From NCBI GenBank assembly GCA_947444055.1, contig CANEYR010000004.1, positions 39,820 to 103,819 on the forward strand: a stretch of DNA of 64,000 nucleotides, written 5' to 3'. The position numbers and the translations under genes were made by a program. The notes beneath the pieces are model-generated. The model ran no database searches. It was not told where the DNA came from and saw nothing but the letters and a program-made list of their open reading frames with translations. The first letter of the stretch is position 1; each line of letters starts with the position of its first letter. The DNA is from Planctomycetota bacterium. Its GTDB lineage: Bacteria > Planctomycetota > UBA1135 > UBA2386. Positions 30,506 to 38,368 of this stretch are shown here, in pieces.

Positions 30506-31954
30506 CTACCACCTCAGTTGGTAACGGTTTCGGAGCACGATGGCGGTGCCGTTCAGCACCAGCAGGATGACGAGCAGCACGACAATCGCGACCGCTGCGA
30601 TGGTCTCGTAGCCAGCTTGCGGACGGGTTGCCCAGGTGAAGATCTGGATCGGTACGACCGTGAACGTGTCCATCAGGCCATTCGGCAAGTAGGTCACGAA
30701 CAGGAACGCGCCGAGCATGATCAGCGGTGCGGCTTCGCCGATGGCGCGCGAAACCGCGAGGATCATCGTCGTCAACATGCCTGGCAGCGCGTACGGCAGG
30801 ACTTGGTACCAGACGACCTGGCTCGGGGTGGCGCCGACGGCGAACGCGGCTTGCCGCACCCACGGCGGCACGGTGCGCAACGCTTCGCGGCAACCGAGGA
30901 TCATCACCGGCAGGATCAGCAGTCCGAGGGTGATACCACCAGTCAGGATGCTGCGACCGAGCCCTAGTGTGCGATCGATGATCTCGAGGCCGATGATGCC
31001 GTAGACCACCGACGGGATGCCGGCGAGGTTGGCGATCAGCACCTGCAGCACCGACGTGATGCGCGTTCGCTTGGCGTACTCTTCGAGATAGACGGCGGCG
31101 GCGATGCCGAGCGGGAACGAAAAGAGGATGGTGACGAGGACCACCAGCAGCGAACCGAGGATCGCACTGGCGAGGCCGGCGTGCTCGGGGTAGCGAGGCT
31201 CATCCAGCGAGGTCACGAAGCGCCACAGGGCGGCAATCAGGTTGCGATCGAGCGGCAGTTCGCCTTCGCGTTGCACGCGGAACGGCAGCTCTTTGCGCTT
31301 GCCGTCGCGCTCAAGCACAACCGCCAACGGGGCGTTGTTGGTGCGGGCGGCGGTGACCATCGCCTGCCACGTCTGTTGGCTACCGTGCAGGGCCAGGCCG
31401 TTGGCCGACAGCAGCACGTCGCCATCGCGCAGCCCCTGCTTGGCGGCGACCGTCTCGGTGCCGACATAGGCAAGGCGCACGCGGAAGGTACCAGCTTGCT
31501 CCGCCACCGGGACGAGCTCAAGTTCGCCGAGCAGCGCTTCGAGGTTGGGCACCCACGCAATCGTCGCCGTCGACTTGTTGGCGGGCAGCGCCGCGACCGT
31601 CGCCCACACTTCGCGAACGTCGCGCACGATGTTGCCGCCGATCGCCAAGAGCGCGTCGCCCTGTGCCAAGCCGAGCGTCTCAGCTGGTGACGTGGGCGTG
31701 ACCTGGGCGATCGAGACATAGGGGGTGCTCTCGGTGCCGTTCGTCGCCGCGCGCTGCGACAAGGCCAACCCCGCGGTGGCCGTTGCGTGCATGCTCGACA
31801 AGGCGCCACTTTCGCGCATGGTCGCGAAGATCAACAGCACGACGACCAACACGCCAACACCCAGTGAACCAGCGGCGAGCACCGCGAACAGGCCGCTCTT
31901 GCGATGGCGATGGCGCAGTCGCGGCGGCGCTGCCAGTTGGGAGGACGCACTCAT
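30506..31954 (-). CDS. pstA: Phosphate ABC transporter permease PstA with a large periplasmic insert (two PDZ-like segments)
   Basis: The C-terminal 230 aa are a typical PstA permease (LEEYAK...[12 protein letters not shown]...[11 protein letters not shown]...). ATG at 31954 overlaps the pstC stop (ATGA). The insert is described in findings. Confidence 0.9.
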   Translation of the reverse strand: MSASSQLAAPPRLRHRHRKSGLFAVLAAGSLGVGVLVVVLLIFATMRESGALSSMHATATAGLALSQRAATNGTESTPYVSIAQVTPTSPAETLGLAQGDALLAIGGNIVRDVREVWATVAALPANKSTATIAWVPNLEALLGELELVPVAEQAGTFRVRLAYVGTETVAAKQGLRDGDVLLSANGLALHGSQQTWQAMVTAARTNNAPLAVVLERDGKRKELPFRVQREGELPLDRNLIAALWRFVTSLDEPRYPEHAGLASAILGSLLVVLVTILFSFPLGIAAAVYLEEYAKRTRITSVLQVLIANLAGIPSVVYGIIGLEIIDRTLGLGRSILTGGITLGLLILPVMILGCREALRTVPPWVRQAAFAVGATPSQVVWYQVLPYALPGMLTTMILAVSRAIGEAAPLIMLGAFLFVTYLPNGLMDTFTVVPIQIFTWATRPQAGYETIAAVAIVVLLVILLVLNGTAIVLRNRYQLRW

Positions 31955-32883
31955 TCGTAGAGCTCGCGGAAGCGTTTCACAATGAAGTGGCTGGCGATGT
32001 TGAGCGACAGCGTGACTACGAATAGCAGGGCGCCGATGGCGAACAGCGCGGCCCAGATGAACGCGGTCGCTTCGTGGTCGCCGGTGGCGATGTTCACGAT
32101 GGTCGTCGTCAGCGTCATCATTGGCTGCGTTGGGTCGGGTGGCCACGCGGGCGTGCGACCGGCAGCGAGCGCGACGATCATCGTCTCGCCGATCGCGCGC
32201 GACAGCGCGAGGATGAACGCCGCGCCGATGCCCGACATGGCCGCCGGCAGCACGACGCGCAGGATCACTTCGCCGCGGGTGGCGCCGAGCGCGTAGGCGG
32301 CTTCGCGCAGCGAGCGAGGAACGGCATAGAGCACGTCTTCACTCAGGCTCGCGACCAGCGGCAGGATCATGAAGCCCATCACGATTCCAGCCGACAACCC
32401 GTTCCAGAAGCCGATGCTGGGAAACATCTCTTGCAGCCATGGCGTCACGGTGCGCAGCGCGAAGAACCCGTAGACGACGGTCGGGATGCCGCCAAGGATC
32501 TCCAGCACGGGCTTCAAGAACGAGCGCAGACGTGGCGAGCAGTACTCACTGAGAAAGACCGCCGCGAGCACACCGAGTGGCACTGCGACCAAGAGGGAGA
32601 TGCCGGTGATGACCGCGGTGTCGGCGATCAGCGCCAACGTGCCATAGCCTTCTGGCACAGTGATCGGTGCCCAGCGGATCGAACCGAGGAACTCGCCGAG
32701 GCTGACCTTCTCGAAGAACGGCAAGCTGCCGGCGAAGAACGTCCACGCCGTCAGTCCCGCGACGAGGACCGCGATCAGGCCGCACCCAAGCAGCGTGTAA
32801 CGCACCGCCGCTTCAAAGAGGCGACGGTGGCGGGGAGCCGCAAGCGAAGGGGTCCGCGGCAGCACGGTCAGTGTGGCCTGCAC
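31951..32883 (-). CDS. pstC: Phosphate ABC transporter permease PstC
   Basis: ILGGIPTVVYGFF...REAAYALGATRGEV. Confidence 0.93.
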   Translation of the reverse strand: MQATLTVLPRTPSLAAPRHRRLFEAAVRYTLLGCGLIAVLVAGLTAWTFFAGSLPFFEKVSLGEFLGSIRWAPITVPEGYGTLALIADTAVITGISLLVAVPLGVLAAVFLSEYCSPRLRSFLKPVLEILGGIPTVVYGFFALRTVTPWLQEMFPSIGFWNGLSAGIVMGFMILPLVASLSEDVLYAVPRSLREAAYALGATRGEVILRVVLPAAMSGIGAAFILALSRAIGETMIVALAAGRTPAWPPDPTQPMMTLTTTIVNIATGDHEATAFIWAALFAIGALLFVVTLSLNIASHFIVKRFRELYE

Positions 32884-32924
32884 GATTCGAGAGGGTGGGG
32901 TGAGTCCGAGCGACGGCGCGAGGC

Positions 32925-34073
32925 CTACTTGCCCTTGCTGCCCGTGGCGTTCGTGGGCGCTGGCAGCAACTTGGCGTGCATCTGGTACTTCTCCGCAATG
33001 GCGGCCGCCGTCAGGCCACCGAACTCACCACCGAAGGCGCTGCCGACGATCTTGCTGGTCAGGATGGCACGCGACGCGTCGCGCAGACGACGCTGGGCTG
33101 GCACGTAGCCGACGTCGAGCATGAACTCGCGATTGCCGATGCGCTTCTCGTCGAGATAGAACTCCATCAGGGCCTGCACTTCGGGGCGGTCGACAGCCTT
33201 GCGATTGACATAGACGAACAGCGGCCGCGTCATCGGCTGGTAGCTGTTGGAGCCAATGGTGTCGACGTCCGGCAGCACACCGTGGATTTGCCCAGGCGTG
33301 TTGGTGATCGGCTTCTTGCCGTTGGCGACGCGCTTTTCGTTCACCTTGGCCAGGATGTCGGCTGGGGCGTCGACGGTGACGCGGCGCGGGTCGATGGCGA
33401 CTGGCTGCACGCGCTCTTGGTTGTGCAGGTAGAACGCGTAGCCGAAGTACGTCAGTGCGTGCACGCTCTTGCTGGTCTGCTCGGCGAGCAATTGGTCTTC
33501 TTCGGTCGCGAAGTAGTCGCCGCGCGTGTCGCCTTCCTTCTTGTTCACCGCGTCGGTGAAGAAGTCGAACGTGCCCGAAGTGGACGCGGCGCCCGACAGC
33601 GTGATCTTGGCGTCAGCGAAGCGACTGCCCAGATGGCTCCAGTTGGTGACGATGCCTTCCGCTTCGCGGCACCACAGCAGTTCGAGTTCGCCGATCGTCA
33701 TCATCGGCTTCTCCTTGCCGAAGATCGCCGTCGTCTTGGCGACCGCGATCGTCAGGCCATCGAATGCGACTAGGGCTTCGAGGTACTCAACCTTGCCGGC
33801 GGCCTTCTCGATCTCGGCCTTCTTGATGGCTCGCGAGGCATTCGACAGATCGGTCTCACCGACCCAGAACCGGCGGAAGCCGCCGCTGGTGCCGCTGACG
33901 CCGACCGAGACACGGACATCCGGGCGGGCCTTCACGAACTCAGCAACGACGGCAGACGTGATCGGCTCGACCGTGCTGGAGCCGTCGGCGGTGATCGCCT
34001 TCTCCTGAGCGAGGCCGGTGGGGGCGAAGGAAAGCATTGCCGCGGCGGCGACGGACAGATGGGAGCACTTCAT
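32925..34073 (-). CDS. pstS: Phosphate-binding protein PstS (periplasmic, signal peptide)
   Basis: Signal peptide, then ITADGSSTVEPI...GVSGTSGGF, a PBP-like-2 phosphate binder. Heads the pst operon. Confidence 0.88.
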   Translation of the reverse strand: MKCSHLSVAAAAMLSFAPTGLAQEKAITADGSSTVEPITSAVVAEFVKARPDVRVSVGVSGTSGGFRRFWVGETDLSNASRAIKKAEIEKAAGKVEYLEALVAFDGLTIAVAKTTAIFGKEKPMMTIGELELLWCREAEGIVTNWSHLGSRFADAKITLSGAASTSGTFDFFTDAVNKKEGDTRGDYFATEEDQLLAEQTSKSVHALTYFGYAFYLHNQERVQPVAIDPRRVTVDAPADILAKVNEKRVANGKKPITNTPGQIHGVLPDVDTIGSNSYQPMTRPLFVYVNRKAVDRPEVQALMEFYLDEKRIGNREFMLDVGYVPAQRRLRDASRAILTSKIVGSAFGGEFGGLTAAAIAEKYQMHAKLLPAPTNATGSKGK

Positions 34074-34170
34074 CGGGGATACCTAGGTTGGCTTCGGTGG
34101 GAACGGCCCGCAGCAGCGGGTGAAGTGCCAACCAAGCTAGGAGCCCCGATGAAGAAGGGCGTGTGCGCTT

Positions 34171-34188
34171 GATGAAGGTGCGATGAAG
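34171..34188 (-). promoter_or_regulatory. Pho-box-like direct repeat upstream of pstS
   Basis: The minus strand reads CTTCATC-gcac-CTTCATC: 7-bp repeats at 11-bp periodicity, about 100 nt upstream of the pstS ATG. A third CTTCATC copy lies at 34148-34154. Confidence 0.45.
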
Positions 34189-34231
34189 ACCAGGGCGACC
34201 TAGCGCCGGTCCCGACCCGCGAGACCAAACC

Positions 34232-35497
34232 CTAGCGCCCGGCTGCCTGCGATGCCGGATTCGGCGGCGTCGACTGCAGGATGCCGCTGCGGCGGCCAGC
34301 TTCGGCGAAGCGCTCAAGCACCTGATCGATCTGTGCGTCGGTGTGGCTGGCGATGAACGACGTGCGGATCAGGTCCTGGCCGACGGGCACCGCCGGTTGC
34401 GTCACCGCGTTGGTGAACAAGCCGCAGTCGAACAGCGTGCACCACAGGCGCAGCATGAGTTCTTGGTCACCGACGATCACCGGCACGATCGGGCTAGCTA
34501 GGGTGCCGGCGGTCTGGTAGCCCATCTCCGCGAGGCCGCGCCGCACCCGGTCCGCGATGCGTAAAACCCGCAGGCGCATCTCCGGCTGCGTTTCGATCAG
34601 GTCGAGCGCTGCCAAGGCGGCCGCGGCCGAAGCCGGGGTGATCGACGCCGAGAACATCATCGCCCGCGCCTGGTGGCGCATGAAGTGGATGACGCGCGCC
34701 GGGCCAGCGATGAAGCCTCCGAGGCTGGCAAAACTCTTGCTGAACGTGCCCATCACCAAGTCTGGATGGATGCCGCAGTGTTCGGCGGCGCCGCGGCCGT
34801 GGGTGCCGAGCACGCCCACTGCGTGCGCCTCGTCGACCATCAGACGCGCGCCGTAGCGATCGGCGAGCACCCGGATCTCCTTCAACGGGGCCAGATCGCC
34901 CATCATCGAATAGAGGCCATCGACGACGATCAGCATGCCCTTGCCCTGCGCCTGGCCGCGCTGCAAGTGGGTCTCCAAGTCGGCGAGGTCGCTGTGCTTC
35001 CACTTGCGGGTGTCGGCGAAGCTCAGCCGGCAGCCGTCGATGATCGAGGCGTGGTTTTCGCGATCGCAGAGGATGAGGTCGCCCTTGCCACAGATCGACG
35101 AGATCGCGCCGAGGTTGGTTTGGAAGCCGGTCGAGAAGCAGAGCGCGCCTTCCTGGCCCATGAACAGGGCGAGACGGCGCTCAAGTTCTTCATGCAATTC
35201 CAGCGTGCCATTGAGGAAGCGTGAACCTGAGCAAGACGTCCCGTACTGAGCAATGGCCTGCTGCGCCGCTTCGCGCACCTTCGGGTGATGGGTCAAACCG
35301 AGGTAGTTGTTGCTACCGATCATGATCAGCCGCTTGCCGCCGATCTCGACCTCCGTGCCTTCACTGCCATGCAGTGGAATGAAGTACGGGTAGATGCCCA
35401 TCGCTTGCAATTCGCGGGCACGGCTGAATCCATCACACTTCTGGAAGATGTCCAAGGCTGAAGCCGGGGATGGTAGATTCCGCGCGAACCCTGACAA
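34232..35497 (-). CDS. Alpha-oxoamine synthase, serine palmitoyltransferase-like (PLP-dependent)
   Basis: GSNNYLGL, GSRFLNGT..HEELE, DEAHAVG and the PLP-lysine motif GTFSKSFASLGGF, which is the SPT-type FSKS rather than the GKA of BioF/Kbl. Proposed TTG start at 35497 after AGGAAAAGAGG. The long track ORF to 35980 is rejected. Confidence 0.8.
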   Translation of the reverse strand: MSGFARNLPSPASALDIFQKCDGFSRARELQAMGIYPYFIPLHGSEGTEVEIGGKRLIMIGSNNYLGLTHHPKVREAAQQAIAQYGTSCSGSRFLNGTLELHEELERRLALFMGQEGALCFSTGFQTNLGAISSICGKGDLILCDRENHASIIDGCRLSFADTRKWKHSDLADLETHLQRGQAQGKGMLIVVDGLYSMMGDLAPLKEIRVLADRYGARLMVDEAHAVGVLGTHGRGAAEHCGIHPDLVMGTFSKSFASLGGFIAGPARVIHFMRHQARAMMFSASITPASAAAALAALDLIETQPEMRLRVLRIADRVRRGLAEMGYQTAGTLASPIVPVIVGDQELMLRLWCTLFDCGLFTNAVTQPAVPVGQDLIRTSFIASHTDAQIDQVLERFAEAGRRSGILQSTPPNPASQAAGR

Positions 35498-35512
35498 ACC
35501 TCTTTTCCTGCC

Positions 35513-36541
35513 TTGGCGCAGACAGAATTGCCTGAACTTTCCGCGGACGCACTGTTGATCACCGGGGCCACTGGCTTCGTGGGGGGCGCGTTCGTGCGGC
35601 GGCTGCTGCGTTCTGGGGCGGCCGCGGGGAGCTTGCGTTGCTTGGTGCGCGATCCCAAACGAGCGGCAGTGGCCTTGCCCGGCGTGTCGCTGTGCCATGG
35701 GGATCTTGGTGACGCTGGTGGTGCGCCGAGCCTTTTGGCTGCGGCGGCGGGTGTGCGCACGGTGGTGCATTTGGCGGGAACGCTGACTGGTGTGCGGTCG
35801 GCAGACTTTGACGAAGTCAACGCGGCGGGCACGGCGCGCTTGGTGGCGGCGGTCGAGGCCGCCGCACCGGCGGCGCACTTCGTCCTGCTGTCGTCGTTGG
35901 CGGCGGCTGGGCCGAGCTGCGATGGTGTTGCATCGAGCCTGCCGCCAGACCGCGCGCAGCCAGTTTCGTTCTACGGTCACAGCAAGCGGCGCGGGGAACT
36001 AGCCGTCGTGCAGAGCCGTCTGCGTTGGACCATTGTGCGGCCGCCGGTCGTCTACGGGGAAGGCGATGCCGCGACTCGGTTGCTGTTTCGCCAGGCGTGC
36101 GCGCCGGTGACGGCGGTGCCAAAACGTGCGCGCCCGTTGTCGGTGATCCATGTCGATGACGTGGTCGCGGCCTTGCTGGCGGTGTTGCGAGTGCGTCCGC
36201 ACGGAGCGATCCTGCCACTGGACGGGATCGAACGCACCGACACCCATGCTTTGCTACGCGCCATCGCGCAGGCCTGTGGTCGTCGCTCGCGCTTGCTGAG
36301 CGTGCCCATGTTCGTCGCCAGTGCAGCGGCCTTGGTGTGTGATCTGGTGGCGCGGCTACGCGGCAAGGCCGGGTTCTTCAATCGCGACAAAGTGCGTGAG
36401 ATCGCTGCCAGTGGGTGGGTCGCCGATGGCGGGCCAGCGTTTGCGAGTGTTCGGTTCACGCCGCTGGTGTCGTTGGCAGAAGGCCTCGCTGCCGTGGCCC
36501 GCGCCGAGGGGTTTCTGACCAGCGAGCCAGGTGCTCGCTGA
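35513..36541 (+). CDS. NAD(P)-dependent epimerase/dehydratase-family extended SDR; start uncertain
   Basis: LLITGATGFVGGAFV Rossmann motif and catalytic YGHSK. Divergent from the SPT-like gene. Confidence 0.8.
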   Translation: MAQTELPELSADALLITGATGFVGGAFVRRLLRSGAAAGSLRCLVRDPKRAAVALPGVSLCHGDLGDAGGAPSLLAAAAGVRTVVHLAGTLTGVRSADFDEVNAAGTARLVAAVEAAAPAAHFVLLSSLAAAGPSCDGVASSLPPDRAQPVSFYGHSKRRGELAVVQSRLRWTIVRPPVVYGEGDAATRLLFRQACAPVTAVPKRARPLSVIHVDDVVAALLAVLRVRPHGAILPLDGIERTDTHALLRAIAQACGRRSRLLSVPMFVASAAALVCDLVARLRGKAGFFNRDKVREIAASGWVADGGPAFASVRFTPLVSLAEGLAAVARAEGFLTSEPGAR

Positions 36542-36556
36542 TCACTTGCTCGCTGA

Positions 36557-37555
36557 TTACTTCAGCAGCTGCATCAGCAGCGCCTTTTGCACGTGGGCGC
36601 GATTGGCGGCTTGTTCGTAGATCACCGATTGCTTGCCGTCGAGCACGGCGTCGGTCGCCGCGACGTTGCGCCGTACGGGCAGCGGGTGCATCAGCAGGGC
36701 GTTGTTGGTGGTTTCCATCAGGGGCTCATCGACGCGCCAAGCCTGTAGGGACCGCTTGACCATGCCTTCGCGTTCGCTGTCGTGCCAGTGTTTGGTCGAG
36801 CCCCACGAGCGCGCATAGAGAACTTCGGCGCCGCGGGTCGCCGATTGCATGTCGTTACTCACTTGCAGCGACCCGCCCGCATCCAGGGCCACGGCACGAC
36901 TCTTCGTCAGCACCTCTTCGTCGACCTCGAAGCCGAGCGGGTGGGCGAGCGTGATCTGCATGCCCGACAGGGCGGCGAGTTGCAGCACGCTGTGGGTTGG
37001 GCCGAGCGACTTCGGTTCGGGATGGTTGCACCACAGCAACGTCAGCTTGCGGCCGCGCAGCGACACCAGGTTCTCGCGCATCGTCATGACGTCCGCCAAG
37101 GCCTGGCATGGATGCGCGAACGACGTCTCCAGGTTGATTACCGGCACCGAAGCGAACTTTGCGTAGCTGCGCAGCAGCAGTTCTTGGCGATCGCGTTCCC
37201 AGGTACCGGTGCGGGCGGCGGCGCGAATGCCCAGCGCATCGACGTAACGCGACAGCGTGCGGGCGGCGTCCTTGACGTGTTCTTCGGCCGCACCATCCAT
37301 GATCGCTTGCTCGCGCGGCTCCAACTCGTAGAGGTCGTCGCTCGACAGGTTGATGCAGTGCCCGCCAAGCTGCACCATCGCCACTTCGAACGACACCCGG
37401 GTGCGCAAGCTCGGTTGGAAGAACAGCAGGCCGAGCGTCTTGCCCGCGAGCACTTGGCCGGGGCGCTTGCCCTTGACGCGAGTGGCGAGGTCGAGCAGGT
37501 CGTCGAGCTCGGCACGGGAAAGGTCGGCGGTAGAGAGAAAGTCGCGCTTGCTCAC
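36557..37555 (-). CDS. Ornithine-type carbamoyltransferase, N-acyl-ornithine (ArgF')-like subgroup
   Basis: FFQPSLRTRVSFE replaces the canonical STRTR, as in the acetyl/succinyl-ornithine transcarbamylases. HPCQALAD, HPLP. GTG start at 37555. Confidence 0.8.
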   Translation of the reverse strand: MSKRDFLSTADLSRAELDDLLDLATRVKGKRPGQVLAGKTLGLLFFQPSLRTRVSFEVAMVQLGGHCINLSSDDLYELEPREQAIMDGAAEEHVKDAARTLSRYVDALGIRAAARTGTWERDRQELLLRSYAKFASVPVINLETSFAHPCQALADVMTMRENLVSLRGRKLTLLWCNHPEPKSLGPTHSVLQLAALSGMQITLAHPLGFEVDEEVLTKSRAVALDAGGSLQVSNDMQSATRGAEVLYARSWGSTKHWHDSEREGMVKRSLQAWRVDEPLMETTNNALLMHPLPVRRNVAATDAVLDGKQSVIYEQAANRAHVQKALLMQLLK

Positions 37556-37589
37556 AGGTTCTTTGGGCGGAAGAGTGGAAGGACCATAG

Positions 37590-38069
37590 ATGAGCCCGCT
37601 ACCACCGACAAGCGAAGACGCGCGCTGGATGCAGCGTTGCCTGCAGTTGGCGCGCGACGCTGCGTTGGCGGATGAAGTGCCAGTCGGCGCCTTGGTCGTG
37701 ATCGATGGTGTGGTGGTGGGGGAAGGCCACAATCGCGTCGAGCAGAAGCAGTCGCCGCTCGCGCACGCCGAAATGGAAGCGCTGCACGCTGCGTTCGCTG
37801 CCGTCGGCAGCAAGCGCATTCCGGAAGCCGTGCTCTACTGCACGCTGGAGCCGTGCTTCTTGTGTGCCGGTGCCATCCTGCACGCGCGCGTGCGGCGGGT
37901 CGTGTTCGGTGCGCGCGATGGCAAGTTCGGCGCCGTGCGTTCCCTGGCGACCTTGCTCGAAGATCCGCGGCTGAACCACCGGTGCGACGTGCTGGAAGGT
38001 GTCGAGGCCGAGGCGAGTGCTTCGATGTTGCGGGCGTTCTTTCGCAGCAAACGCAGCGCGGGCGGCTAA
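37590..38069 (+). CDS. tadA: tRNA-specific adenosine deaminase
   Basis: HAEMEAL...TLEPCFLCAGAI is the CDA zinc motif. 159 aa. Confidence 0.92.
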   Translation: MSPLPPTSEDARWMQRCLQLARDAALADEVPVGALVVIDGVVVGEGHNRVEQKQSPLAHAEMEALHAAFAAVGSKRIPEAVLYCTLEPCFLCAGAILHARVRRVVFGARDGKFGAVRSLATLLEDPRLNHRCDVLEGVEAEASASMLRAFFRSKRSAGG

Positions 38070-38184
38070 CTGTCGCCACGTCACCGATCGTGGTCGCGTC
38101 GGACAAGCCAGTTGAAAAGCCAGACGGGGCTCGGCAAGATGCCGCCCCTCAATCGGCGCCCCGTGCAGCGTGGCGATACCTCGC

Positions 38185-38275
<91 letters not shown>

Positions 38276-38279
38276 TTCG

Positions 38280-38299
38280 CGCGCCTGCGGCGCGTTGTT
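38280..38299 (+). terminator. Possible weak terminator after tRNA-Ser
   Basis: CGCGCC-TGC-GGCGCG hairpin followed by TTGTTGG. Confidence 0.35.
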
Positions 38300-38368
38300 G
38301 GTGCGGTGCGTCAGGGGCGCTTCAGGGGCGCTTCGCGGCGCCCGATGCGGACGGCCCGAACCCGACCG

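Noticed and set aside
34114-34131. Sigma-54-like -24/-12 element (TTGGCAC-ttcac-CCGCTG, GG-N10-GC) on the minus strand about 40 nt upstream of pstS
   Set aside because: The -24 half is perfect, but the -12 half is CCGC rather than TTGC. TGGCAC is expected many times by chance in 128 kb of GC-rich sequence. No enhancer-binding-protein gene is adjacent. It is left as unproven.
34232-35980. Long N-terminal extensions of several track ORFs: 34232..35980, 30506..32146, 29682..30893, 28987..29916, 36557..37819, 50387..51940, 54197..56434, 1916..2419 and 9199..9867
   Set aside because: The extensions are Arg/His-rich and overlap neighbouring genes. Family-typical N-termini begin at internal starts, often with stop/start overlaps (ATGA, GTGA) to the upstream gene. 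The internal starts listed in features were used instead.
38311-38332. 11-bp tandem duplication tcaggggcgct x2 in the spacer between tRNA-Ser and the convergent secreted-protein gene
   Set aside because: It is real but short, GC-rich and without an obvious hairpin or protein-binding symmetry. It is probably a slippage artefact of no demonstrable function.
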